24,854 nucleotides of DNA from a virus (Duplodnaviria > Caudoviricetes): IMG/VR virus record IMGVR_UViG_3300021516_000019, positions 1 through 24,854 of that record; one strand, 5' to 3'. A program made the position numbers and the translations under genes. A model generated the notes under the pieces. The model was not told the DNA's origin, did not search any database, and saw only the letters and a list, made by a program, of their open reading frames with translations. Within the stretch, counting starts at the first letter, position 1, and each line of letters starts with the position of its first letter. Positions 9,841 to 17,991 of this stretch are shown here, piece by piece.

Positions 9841-10311
9841 TTAAATATTAATAATAACAAAATCACTCTGTGCGTATGTCGAACCATTTGTTGAGTAATC
9901 TAATCTTATTTTTGCTGTGTATTCGGCAGTTCCTTTACCAGGAAATCGATAAATTGATGACTCACTTGTTCCTGCAAAGTTTTGACCTGTGGCGATATCC
10001 ACTTCTTGCTGTGGGTCAGCTGGAGTAATACTTAAACTATTAACCAATAAGTTTGGCATAAAGTTTTCAATAGCATCCCTTATGTCAGATTCAATAGCAT
10101 TAAAAGTTAAACCATCAAATGGTTCAAAAAGAAATTCATATAATCTTGTTCCAAATTGTGGTAAAAAGTATCTTGACCCTTTTCTCGTTAATAGTAAATG
10201 TATCAAGTCGGCTTTAATTTCTTGGGCCTGTAATTGAGTAAGTTCTAAATAATCCCCTCGTTTCGAATCTCGAAAGGGAAAATTAATACCATAAGTAAAA
10301 CCATTTGCCAT
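9841..10311 (-). CDS. Baseplate wedge subunit / sheath initiator, T4 gp25 (GPW_gp25)-like (156 aa)
   Basis: 'GINFPF...IKADLIHLLLTRKGSRYFLPQFGTRLYEFLFEP...IRDAIENFMP' matches the gp25 family pattern (LxTxxGER..P.FG..L...LFE). Confidence 0.9.
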   Translation of the reverse strand: MANGFTYGINFPFRDSKRGDYLELTQLQAQEIKADLIHLLLTRKGSRYFLPQFGTRLYEFLFEPFDGLTFNAIESDIRDAIENFMPNLLVNSLSITPADPQQEVDIATGQNFAGTSESSIYRFPGKGTAEYTAKIRLDYSTNGSTYAQSDFVIINI

Positions 10312-10352
10312 AACAATAAATATAATGCTATCTATTTTTCTTTAAATAGATT

Positions 10353-10385
10353 AAAAATGAAAAATCCCGATTGTGTCGGGATTTT
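10353..10385 (-). terminator. Rho-independent terminator after nrdA
   Basis: Perfect 10-bp inverted repeat AAAATCCCGA (10361-10370) / TCGGGATTTT (10376-10385) with a 5-nt loop. Followed on the minus strand by T-rich TCATTTTT and begins 4 nt after the nrdA stop. Confidence 0.85.
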
Positions 10386-10389
10386 CAAA

Positions 10390-12816
10390 TTAGGAACTAC
10401 ATCCAAAACATTCAAAAGGACTGTCTTCAGGTTTTTGTGTTAATTCATGTATTTCAACTTTTGGTATTTCAACTTTTACTTTAGGTTGTGATATTTTTGA
10501 AACATCAACCGCCAAGTGTTTAGCTCCCGTTGAAATCGCTTTAGTTCTAACATAATAACATAAAGTCTTCAAACCTTTTTCCCATGAGTGGAAATGTGAT
10601 GAGGTAATCTTGGACAATGTTGGGTTAGCCATATAGATATTCATTGATTGTGATTGGTCGATAAATGGTGCTCTATCTGCCGCCATGTTAATCAATTCTC
10701 TTTGCGAAATCTCCCAAATTGTTTTGTACTTACTAATCAAGTGTTCAATACGTTTAACTTTCTTAGTATAGTTTTTATCCTCAGTATCAAGGTGATTATT
10801 AAAGTTAATGTTTTGAACTGAACCTTCATTTATAATGATTTCGTTTTTCAATTCTTCACTCCAAATACCAATCTTCTCAAAGTCATTAATCAAATACTTG
10901 TTTACAATCATAATCTCACCACCAACAACTCGTCTGTTAAATAACGCTGAGTGAGCTGGTTCTGTCATTTCAAATGAACCTGTAATCTTAGCTGAAGACG
11001 CCACAGGCATCTGAGCCGTAAATAATGAGTTACAAACACCGTAAGTTTTAACTTCTTCTTTTAAAGAATCCCAATTCCAAAGACCACTTAATCCTTCATA
11101 ATCTAACCCCCACATATCAAATTGGAATACCCCTTTTGACATTGGTGAACCTTTAAAGTGAGCGTATGGTTTGTGTATCATTATTTTACATAATTCCATA
11201 CTTTCAGTGATTGCCGCAAAGTATATAGTTTCAAAAATAGTTTTATTTAATTTCTTAGCTTCTTCAGATGTGAAAATGTAATCCATCAAATAAAATACGT
11301 CAGCTAAACCTTGAGTACCAATCGCAATTGCTCTTTGGTCCAATCCACCTTTTCTACCTTTTTCAGTTGAGTAACTGTTAATGTCAATAACTTTGTTAAG
11401 AGCTCTAACAACTTTTCTTACTTCACTATAAAGTAGGTTAAAATCAAACTCACCTTTCTGAATAAAGTTTTTCAATACCATAGAAGATAATGTACAGATT
11501 GCCGTAGTTTCTTCATCGGTATATTGGTAAATCTCATTACAAAGGTTAGATTGTTTAATCACACCAATGTTCTGATGGTTTGTTTTCTTGTTAGCATTGT
11601 CTTTAGAACATAAGTAAGGAACACCAGTTTCAACTTGTGATTCAATAATCTTAGTCCAAACATCTTGAGCTTTAACTTTTTTACCAAGACCTAACTCAAC
11701 CGCTTTGTTATAGTTTGCTTCGTATTCGTCACCATAACATTCTTGAAGTGGTTTAATACCCGCTTTAAGAATATCGTTAGGACAGAACAAATACCAATCA
11801 GTACTTTCCTTTACCGCTCTCATGAAGTTGTCAGGAATCCAAAGAGCTGTGAATAAATCTCTTGCTCTTAATTCTTCAGCACCTGTGTTCTTTTTAATAT
11901 CTAACAAGTCCATAACATCTTTGTGCCATGGTTCGATGTAGATAGCAGCACTACCAGGTCGTCTTCCTTGTTGGTTAAAGAATCTTAATGACTCGTTAAC
12001 AATTTTCAAATACTTCAATAATCCACCCGCAAATCCACCTGATGAATTGATACGACTTTCTTTACTTCTAATGTTAGACATTGATAAACCAATACCCGCC
12101 GCGTCTGAAGAATACGTTGAGATATCATTCAAGGTTTCTAATAAACCATTACGTGAATCTGAGTTATTATAATGTAATACACAAGACGCTAATTGAGGAA
12201 CTTTGGTTCCTGAATTAATAATGATTGGTGTTGCTGGTGAAATAAGTTGATTAGATAACGAATGGTAATATTCAACCGCTTCCTCGAATGAGTTTGTCAC
12301 CCATAGAGCAACTCTCATATACATGTGTTGTGGTCTTTCAACTACTTTACCTTGTGGTGTCTTTAACAAGTACATTTCTTGTAATGAACGCCAAGCAAAG
12401 TAATCAAAGTTATTATCATTCTCGTGATTAATAACTTCATCAATCTTGTCGTGGCCATATTCATCCATAGTTTGGATTAACTTGTCGTTAATAACACCAC
12501 TCTCGTGTAACTCTTTAATTGTCTCACAAAAGCTTTCATTAGTCTCTTTGTGGTATGCAGAAATTGCAACCGATGATGCTAATCTTGAATAGTCATGGTG
12601 ACTACCAGTATAAGCGGCAGCGATTTCATAAACCAGCTTATCCAACTCTTTAGTTGTAATAAGTCCTTCAGTTGGTACCGATGTGATAACCTTAATGAAT
12701 ATTTCATCAGAGTTAACGTTTAATCCTTTAGCAGCTCGTTTAACTCGATTATAGATTTTTTGAGGATTAAATGATACGTCCTCACCGTTTCTTTTTTTAA
12801 TTTTTAATGACATCAT
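10390..12816 (-). CDS. nrdA: Ribonucleoside-diphosphate reductase class Ia, alpha subunit with N-terminal ATP cone (808 aa)
   Basis: ATP-cone start 'IKKRNG', 'ERPQHMYMRVA', 'SPATP', 'LASC', 'QQGRRPGS', active site 'SNLCNEI', 'MPVASS', 'IDQSQSMN', tandem 'YY', and C-terminal CxxC (CFGCSS). Confidence 0.97.
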   Translation of the reverse strand: MMSLKIKKRNGEDVSFNPQKIYNRVKRAAKGLNVNSDEIFIKVITSVPTEGLITTKELDKLVYEIAAAYTGSHHDYSRLASSVAISAYHKETNESFCETIKELHESGVINDKLIQTMDEYGHDKIDEVINHENDNNFDYFAWRSLQEMYLLKTPQGKVVERPQHMYMRVALWVTNSFEEAVEYYHSLSNQLISPATPIIINSGTKVPQLASCVLHYNNSDSRNGLLETLNDISTYSSDAAGIGLSMSNIRSKESRINSSGGFAGGLLKYLKIVNESLRFFNQQGRRPGSAAIYIEPWHKDVMDLLDIKKNTGAEELRARDLFTALWIPDNFMRAVKESTDWYLFCPNDILKAGIKPLQECYGDEYEANYNKAVELGLGKKVKAQDVWTKIIESQVETGVPYLCSKDNANKKTNHQNIGVIKQSNLCNEIYQYTDEETTAICTLSSMVLKNFIQKGEFDFNLLYSEVRKVVRALNKVIDINSYSTEKGRKGGLDQRAIAIGTQGLADVFYLMDYIFTSEEAKKLNKTIFETIYFAAITESMELCKIMIHKPYAHFKGSPMSKGVFQFDMWGLDYEGLSGLWNWDSLKEEVKTYGVCNSLFTAQMPVASSAKITGSFEMTEPAHSALFNRRVVGGEIMIVNKYLINDFEKIGIWSEELKNEIIINEGSVQNINFNNHLDTEDKNYTKKVKRIEHLISKYKTIWEISQRELINMAADRAPFIDQSQSMNIYMANPTLSKITSSHFHSWEKGLKTLCYYVRTKAISTGAKHLAVDVSKISQPKVKVEIPKVEIHELTQKPEDSPFECFGCSS

Positions 12817-12828
12817 ATTTTTTTATAA

Positions 12829-13776
12829 TTAGAAATCTTCCTCAAAAGAAATGGTTTCATTTAATTTTGCTTTTTGATACTCAACAGTTCTTGACTCAAA
12901 GAAATTTCCTTTTGTCTCAACTGCAATTTGTTCCATGAATTTGAATGGTTGTTCAACATTGAATTCTTTTTTACATCCAAATTTAACCAATAGACCATCA
13001 ACAACAAACTCAAGATATTGTTTCATCAAGTTTGAATTCATACCAATTAAAGATACAGGTAATGACTCAGTGATGAATTCTTTCTCAATTTCCAATGCTG
13101 ATAATAAAATCTCTCTGATTTTTTTTTCACTTGGTTTATCTTCAATGTGATTGTTCAACAAGTGAATTGCAAAGTCACAATGTAAGTTCTCATCTTTAAA
13201 GATTAAAGAATTAGCATTACACAAACCTTGCATAATACCTCTTGATTTTAACCAAAAGATTGAACAGAATGAACCTGAAAAGAAAATACCTTCAACCGCC
13301 GCAAACGCGACTAATCTTTCTTGGAAAGATGATTTTTCAATCCAATCCAAAGCCCATTTAGCCTTCTTTTGAACTGCAGGTAAATTGTCCAAAGCGGTGA
13401 AACATAAATTCTTTTCTTCTTCATTTGAAATGTATGTGTCAATAAGAAGCGAATACATTAAACTATGAATATTCTCCATCATGAGTTGGAAACCGTAGAA
13501 GAATTTTGCTTCAGGGTATTGTACCTCACGATAAAAGTTTTCAGCCAAGTTTTCATTAACAATACCATCAGAAGCTGCAAAGAACGATAGAATGTTCTTA
13601 ACAAAATATTGCTCATTCTCAGAAAGATTATTCCAATCTCTGATGTCATTAGTTAAATCTACTTCTTCAGCTGTCCACAAAGCCGCTTGGTGCATTTTGT
13701 AGTACTCCCAAATGTCGTTGTGCTGGATTGGGAAGATAACAAACCTATTAGGGTTCTCCATTAATATTTTTTCCAT
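12829..13776 (-). CDS. nrdB: Ribonucleoside-diphosphate reductase class Ia, beta subunit (315 aa)
   Basis: 'RFVIFPI', 'WTAEEVDL', metal ligands in 'ASDGIVNEN', 'ENIHSLMY' (radical Tyr), '[10 protein letters not shown]', 'DENLH', and tail 'KGNFFE.R..EYQKA...FEEDF'. Confidence 0.97.
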   Translation of the reverse strand: MEKILMENPNRFVIFPIQHNDIWEYYKMHQAALWTAEEVDLTNDIRDWNNLSENEQYFVKNILSFFAASDGIVNENLAENFYREVQYPEAKFFYGFQLMMENIHSLMYSLLIDTYISNEEEKNLCFTALDNLPAVQKKAKWALDWIEKSSFQERLVAFAAVEGIFFSGSFCSIFWLKSRGIMQGLCNANSLIFKDENLHCDFAIHLLNNHIEDKPSEKKIREILLSALEIEKEFITESLPVSLIGMNSNLMKQYLEFVVDGLLVKFGCKKEFNVEQPFKFMEQIAVETKGNFFESRTVEYQKAKLNETISFEEDF

Positions 13777-13797
13777 AATTGTTTTTTTTTTGTTTTT

Positions 13798-15177
13798 TTA
13801 CGATTTTTGTTCTTGTTCTCTTTGTTTTCTTTTTTCCAAAAGTTCTTTAACTCTGTCTCTTTTTCTTTCCTCTTGTTGTTCTCCAAAACCTAAGAACGTT
13901 ACAGATGACTCTGTATCGATTTCAAGTAGTTCGTTGTTGAACTTACAGTTCTCAAACACTACTCCATCTTTACCAATACGTGATTTGGTAATAGCAATTG
14001 TTGCCAAGTTCATTTCCTTTTGTTGTAAAGTTTTAGCCACAGTAATGATAACGTGTCCAACTTGTGCTTTCTTAATAGAACCACCCATTTGGTCCGTGGT
14101 AACAACCTCAGAAGATATAGAGCTTCTGTTACCCTGTGTTGCTGTCCATCCAACCAATGATAGTTCGTGACACATTGCCTCAAAACCTCTCATTACCGAA
14201 CCCTCAGCTTTCCATTCGTCTTTACTTGAGCTTTCAGGAACAACGCAATCGATATAGTCCAAAAGAACCAAGTCAATCTTTGTACCATCAGCAATCATTT
14301 TTCTGATTTGGTTTTTAATTTGATTCATAGTCATAGAATCTGAAGGAAGTTTTTTCATAATTAACTCGTTCTTCATTGTTTCTTTGATTTCTGTAAGTTT
14401 AGCCATAACCTCTTCTTTGTGTTTTACCAAGTTATCTGGTTCAATACCTGTCCAAAGTGTGAAGTGTTTACGTTGTACAATCTTTGGGTTGTCCTCAAAA
14501 AAGATTTGAAGAACATTATATCCAAGATTAAACGCAGTGTTCGCAATCTTTGTTAAGATGGTAGTTTTACCGACACCTGTGGGTGCTAAGATAACACCAA
14601 TTTCCCCTCTCGCCAAACCACCTTTAAGTAATCTGTCAATACCTGGTATTCCTAATGGAATTGGATGTCTAAAATCATCATCAAGTACTGTATCAAGATT
14701 AGAAAAGACATCAGTTGTACCTGTGTCTTTTTCCCCAACCTGTAATGCTTCACGAACCAAACTCTCAACCTTGTCATAAGATTCAAAGTCTCCTTCTGTA
14801 ATAATTTTTTGGGCTTTGTCCATTGCCTTTTGTAGTTCTTGTTGTTTACAGAACTTTAACGCTTTTTCTTGAACAAACTGTGTTCCTTCAAATGGTGCGT
14901 CTTTTACTTGTTTGATAGTGTCAAGGACAATTTTTGCAACTAATTCTTGTGAAATTTCAGATTTTACAATCTGCTCAAGAGTATCGAAGTTAGGGGTAGA
15001 TTGGTATTTAACGTGGTACTCCTTGGTCATTTGCAAGATAATCTTGAAGTATTTGTTATCAAAATAAGAACTCTCAATAACATCCATAATTGATGTCGAA
15101 AATTCTTTATCCACGATAAGTTGGTTTAAAAGTTGTATTTGGAATGTATTCCCTAAGTAGTCAAAGTTCTTGTTCAT
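13798..15177 (-). CDS. dnaB: Replicative DNA helicase, DnaB / T4 gp41-like SF4 (459 aa)
   Basis: 'GIDRLLKGGLARGEIGVILAPTGVGKTT' (Walker A), 'FFED', 'LLDYID' (Walker B), 'WTATQGNR', 'KSRIG' (Arg finger). Confidence 0.92.
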   Translation of the reverse strand: MNKNFDYLGNTFQIQLLNQLIVDKEFSTSIMDVIESSYFDNKYFKIILQMTKEYHVKYQSTPNFDTLEQIVKSEISQELVAKIVLDTIKQVKDAPFEGTQFVQEKALKFCKQQELQKAMDKAQKIITEGDFESYDKVESLVREALQVGEKDTGTTDVFSNLDTVLDDDFRHPIPLGIPGIDRLLKGGLARGEIGVILAPTGVGKTTILTKIANTAFNLGYNVLQIFFEDNPKIVQRKHFTLWTGIEPDNLVKHKEEVMAKLTEIKETMKNELIMKKLPSDSMTMNQIKNQIRKMIADGTKIDLVLLDYIDCVVPESSSKDEWKAEGSVMRGFEAMCHELSLVGWTATQGNRSSISSEVVTTDQMGGSIKKAQVGHVIITVAKTLQQKEMNLATIAITKSRIGKDGVVFENCKFNNELLEIDTESSVTFLGFGEQQEERKRDRVKELLEKRKQREQEQKS

Positions 15178-15211
15178 ATTGTATTTTGCGTTCGTCTGTT
15201 TTATTAAATAT

Positions 15212-15664
15212 TCACTTGTTTAGGTCAAAGTCCATATATTCCAAACTTAATTTTGGTTCGGAAAAAATGTCAGTTAATTCTCTTAACGTGTTCTTTAAAA
15301 ACGGTCTTACGTCAACGGTATAACGAACTTTTGGTGGGAATTTTTTTCCATCAAAATATCTATGACAAATTGTCTGCTCTCCGATTTTGATGTAAATGTT
15401 AAATTGTTCACTACCTTCAGTAAACGATGTGTCCATAATTGACGGGTCATTTGAAATTGCATCCATGTTGTCCATCATATAAACAACTGTTTTCATTTTC
15501 AAGTAGTACTCAATCTCATCTTTAAATTGTCGAATAAAGTAGTATAATTCCAACGAGTTTTTCGCCTTTGGATTATACCCTCTAACATTAAAGAATCTTT
15601 GTACAACGATGTTATCGTTCAACGTCAATAAGAATTCCATTTTGGTGCTGTCTTGTTCTTTCAT
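15212..15664 (-). CDS. Hypothetical protein (150 aa) in the replication cassette
   Basis: ATG lies 2 nt after the exonuclease stop. The ORF fills the gap to the helicase on the same strand. No recognisable motif. Confidence 0.85.
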   Translation of the reverse strand: MKEQDSTKMEFLLTLNDNIVVQRFFNVRGYNPKAKNSLELYYFIRQFKDEIEYYLKMKTVVYMMDNMDAISNDPSIMDTSFTEGSEQFNIYIKIGEQTICHRYFDGKKFPPKVRYTVDVRPFLKNTLRELTDIFSEPKLSLEYMDFDLNK

Positions 15665-15666
15665 AA

Positions 15667-16671
15667 TTAATTTTTGTTTGTATTTCTTTTTTCTTTTCTT
15701 GTTAATTTCATAAATGGTGTGAGGAAGTTAACCCAAGCATCATCATTTTTGGGTAGATACTTAAAGAGACCGTCTTCCATCATCATTCTCATTAAGTTTT
15801 TGTACCCCCTATCTGTAGGGTCTATAGTGTCTGTTAAAATTTGTTCAACTAATTCTTTTCCATCGGTAGTAATTAAAGGGTTTGTAAGGTCGACTATCTT
15901 TTTGTTTGTTGTATAAAACTCTTCACCAAGTATAGTTGTTTTTGTTTTACCAGTCAAAAGATTTGTAAATGTTTTTGAAGGCTTGTCTTGCAGGATATTT
16001 CGTGCATAATCCAAGATTTCTTCCATAGTGCAGGGTTTTTCCTGCACCTGAGGGAAAAACTTAACTAATGTTTTTTCTCCAAGTCCCTGAATACCATCTA
16101 TATTATCCGATTTATCCCCCGTGAATATCTTTGTCAACAATACATTGTAGTGTGGTATGTCTACTTTGTTCAGAGATATCATATCTCCGTTTTTAAAGTA
16201 CTTTTTTGTGATAGGTGAATAGATTGTCACATGTTCGGAGATAAGTTGTGTAAGGTCCTTATCTGCAGAAAAAATAATAATCTTCTCGTCTTTAGATATC
16301 TTACAATAATAAGCGATGAGGTCATCAGCTTCATTGTCGTGCATCTCGACTTGTCTTACAAATATCTCCTCAAGATATTGTTTGATTCGAGACTTCTGAT
16401 ACAAATACGATTCGTGCTTGTATTCGTTCATATCGTCTTGTCGTCTGTTTGCCTTATACTGTGGGTATATAGATTTTCTGATGGATGAATTTGAATCTCC
16501 ATCCCAAAACACAACAACTTTATCATGGTTGTGTTCGTCAAGGAATTTGCGGAGTACACTCACAAAGTGAAATACTCCACCCACATGAGCTCCGTCGTTG
16601 AACACGTCTTTTGCTCCGTGAAATCCTATCTTAAATAAATTATCTCCGTCTACTAATAATGTCTTAATCAC
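15667..16671 (-). CDS. 5'-3' exonuclease / flap endonuclease (PolA N-terminal, T4 RNase H / T5 D15-like) (334 aa)
   Basis: 'LLVDGDNL', 'VFWDG', 'R..IYPQYKANR', 'EADDLIA', 'SADKDLTQL', and helix-hairpin-helix 'GDKSDNIDGIQGLGEKT'. GTG start. Confidence 0.93.
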   Translation of the reverse strand: MIKTLLVDGDNLFKIGFHGAKDVFNDGAHVGGVFHFVSVLRKFLDEHNHDKVVVFWDGDSNSSIRKSIYPQYKANRRQDDMNEYKHESYLYQKSRIKQYLEEIFVRQVEMHDNEADDLIAYYCKISKDEKIIIFSADKDLTQLISEHVTIYSPITKKYFKNGDMISLNKVDIPHYNVLLTKIFTGDKSDNIDGIQGLGEKTLVKFFPQVQEKPCTMEEILDYARNILQDKPSKTFTNLLTGKTKTTILGEEFYTTNKKIVDLTNPLITTDGKELVEQILTDTIDPTDRGYKNLMRMMMEDGLFKYLPKNDDAWVNFLTPFMKLTRKEKRNTNKN

Positions 16672-16700
16672 ATTTGTGATTTAAATTGTGAAACAATAAC

Positions 16701-17705
16701 TCAATCTTCCTTTTCTTCTTTCAGTTCAAAATCAATTGAACTAACCCCAAGAATATCTTTCCAATATTCTGCATATTCCTTCTTGTAGTTTTCAATCGAA
16801 ACTTTCTCTTCAGCCGCGTCTTTACCTGCCAAGAATCCGTGTGGTGTTACAATAATTTTTCCGTCTTCATAACCCAAACCATTGATGTGATTTTTCATTA
16901 CGGATACTTTTGTTCTGATTGCAAACTTAACACTCCTTTTATCTTTTGTTGCAGTAATCTTGTTTGTTCCCGCACCTTTTTGATTACCAAATAAGAATAC
17001 CAAAGACGAGTTTAACCAAATAGCCTCACCACCTTTTGCTTTAATCTTTGGTTGACCAAATGGATTGTCAGGTAATTCAACCCAAGGCTGATTAACAATA
17101 ACCAATGTGTTTTCATATTTTGAATCAGATTTACGTGAACCTGAAATACGTTGGTTAATACCCATCCCAATCTTATCCGCTAAAGTAGCTGCATTGTGTT
17201 GTTTACCACCTTTACCTTCATAAGTCATCTTACAAGGAACTGAACCAACAGAATCCCACAAGAATAATAGACTATAATCTAACTCACCTTTTTCTTGTGC
17301 ATCCAACAAACTATTAATGTAGTCTGTGATTTGTTCAATATAACTAAAGTTGTTATTAAAGATGTAAAAGCCATCCCAATCTAATTCCCCTGTCTCTTCG
17401 TCAACAACTTCTTCACAATCAAAACCCATAAGTTTTGCGTGTTCAAAAGACCATTTTTGTTCTGTAATAATAAATACAGGTAGAATACCTTTCTTTTGGG
17501 CATCAACGGCAGCTTTAACTAACGCAGTTGTTTTTCCTGTATCAGAGTGACCCAAGAACATATTTAAGTGTCCAATTGCAGGACCTGGTAGTCCAACCGC
17601 ATCCAAGAAATCAGAACCTAAATCAAAAAATCTTTGTGCTTTGTACTTAGCAGAAGTAGAGAATTTTTTCTTTACCGAACTAAAATCGTTCTTTTTAATT
17701 GCCAT
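16701..17705 (-). CDS. recA: RecA/UvsX-like recombinase (334 aa)
   Basis: Walker A 'GHSDTGKTT', catalytic Glu in 'ITEQK', Walker B 'FLWDSVG', 'VIVNQ', 'KGGEAI', 'KNHI'. A divergent phage-type RecA rather than a cellular one. Confidence 0.88.
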   Translation of the reverse strand: MAIKKNDFSSVKKKFSTSAKYKAQRFFDLGSDFLDAVGLPGPAIGHLNMFLGHSDTGKTTALVKAAVDAQKKGILPVFIITEQKWSFEHAKLMGFDCEEVVDEETGELDWDGFYIFNNNFSYIEQITDYINSLLDAQEKGELDYSLLFLWDSVGSVPCKMTYEGKGGKQHNAATLADKIGMGINQRISGSRKSDSKYENTLVIVNQPWVELPDNPFGQPKIKAKGGEAIWLNSSLVFLFGNQKGAGTNKITATKDKRSVKFAIRTKVSVMKNHINGLGYEDGKIIVTPHGFLAGKDAAEEKVSIENYKKEYAEYWKDILGVSSIDFELKEEKED

Positions 17706-17922
17706 AATGTGTTGAATAAAATTCTTTTAGGGTTACAAGTTTATCTGAAGCGTTTGTAAGTTTTTCGACAAAATTATCAATCTCTTCCAAATGTTGTGGG
17801 TGTTCCCCAATTCCCACTGCGTTCTCAATATAAACCATTAATGTTGCCTCTGATTCAGCAACTTCGCTCTCGTATTTCAATACAAGAGATTCGAACATTC
17901 TTTTTCCTATTCTGTTTTCCAT
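17695..17922 (-). CDS. Small hypothetical protein (75 aa) with a 'VGIGEHP' motif
   Basis: ATG with an A-rich leader; overlaps the recA start by 11 nt. Helix-GIGEHP-helix pattern that I recall from small conserved proteins of aquatic myoviruses (unverified). Confidence 0.8.
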   Translation of the reverse strand: MENRIGKRMFESLVLKYESEVAESEATLMVYIENAVGIGEHPQHLEEIDNFVEKLTNASDKLVTLKEFYSTHYGN

Positions 17923-17938
17923 GTGTTATTTTTTTTAT

Positions 17939-17984
17939 AAAAGAAAAGAGCTTGGACACTATGTCTAAACAAGTACCCAAGCTC
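17939..17984 (-). terminator. Long hairpin with U-tract after ssb (terminator or attenuator)
   Basis: RNA GAGCUUGGGUACU-UGU-UUAG-ACA-U-AGUGUCCAAGCUC forms ~16 bp (two G-U pairs, one bulge) and is followed by UUUUCUUUU. Confidence 0.75.
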
Positions 17985-17991
17985 AGTTTAA

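Noticed and set aside
7997-10311. Bacterial contractile injection system (eCIS/T6SS/tailocin) interpretation of the gp25 + gp6 + hub genes
   Set aside because: They are interleaved with phage-type SSB, UvsX-like recombinase, helicase and RNR on one strand with no cellular housekeeping genes, so a phage genome is the simpler explanation.
10449-10477. 14-bp tandem repeat GTATTTCAACTTTT x2 in the nrdA tail (KVEIPKVEI)
   Set aside because: A small in-frame duplication in the flexible linker before the C-terminal CxxC, with no evident further significance.
10390-17705. Introns, inteins or homing endonucleases in nrdA, nrdB, helicase or recA
   Set aside because: These are common insertion hot spots, but all four are contiguous and of normal length, with no intein splice motifs or LAGLIDADG/HNH/GIY-YIG segments.
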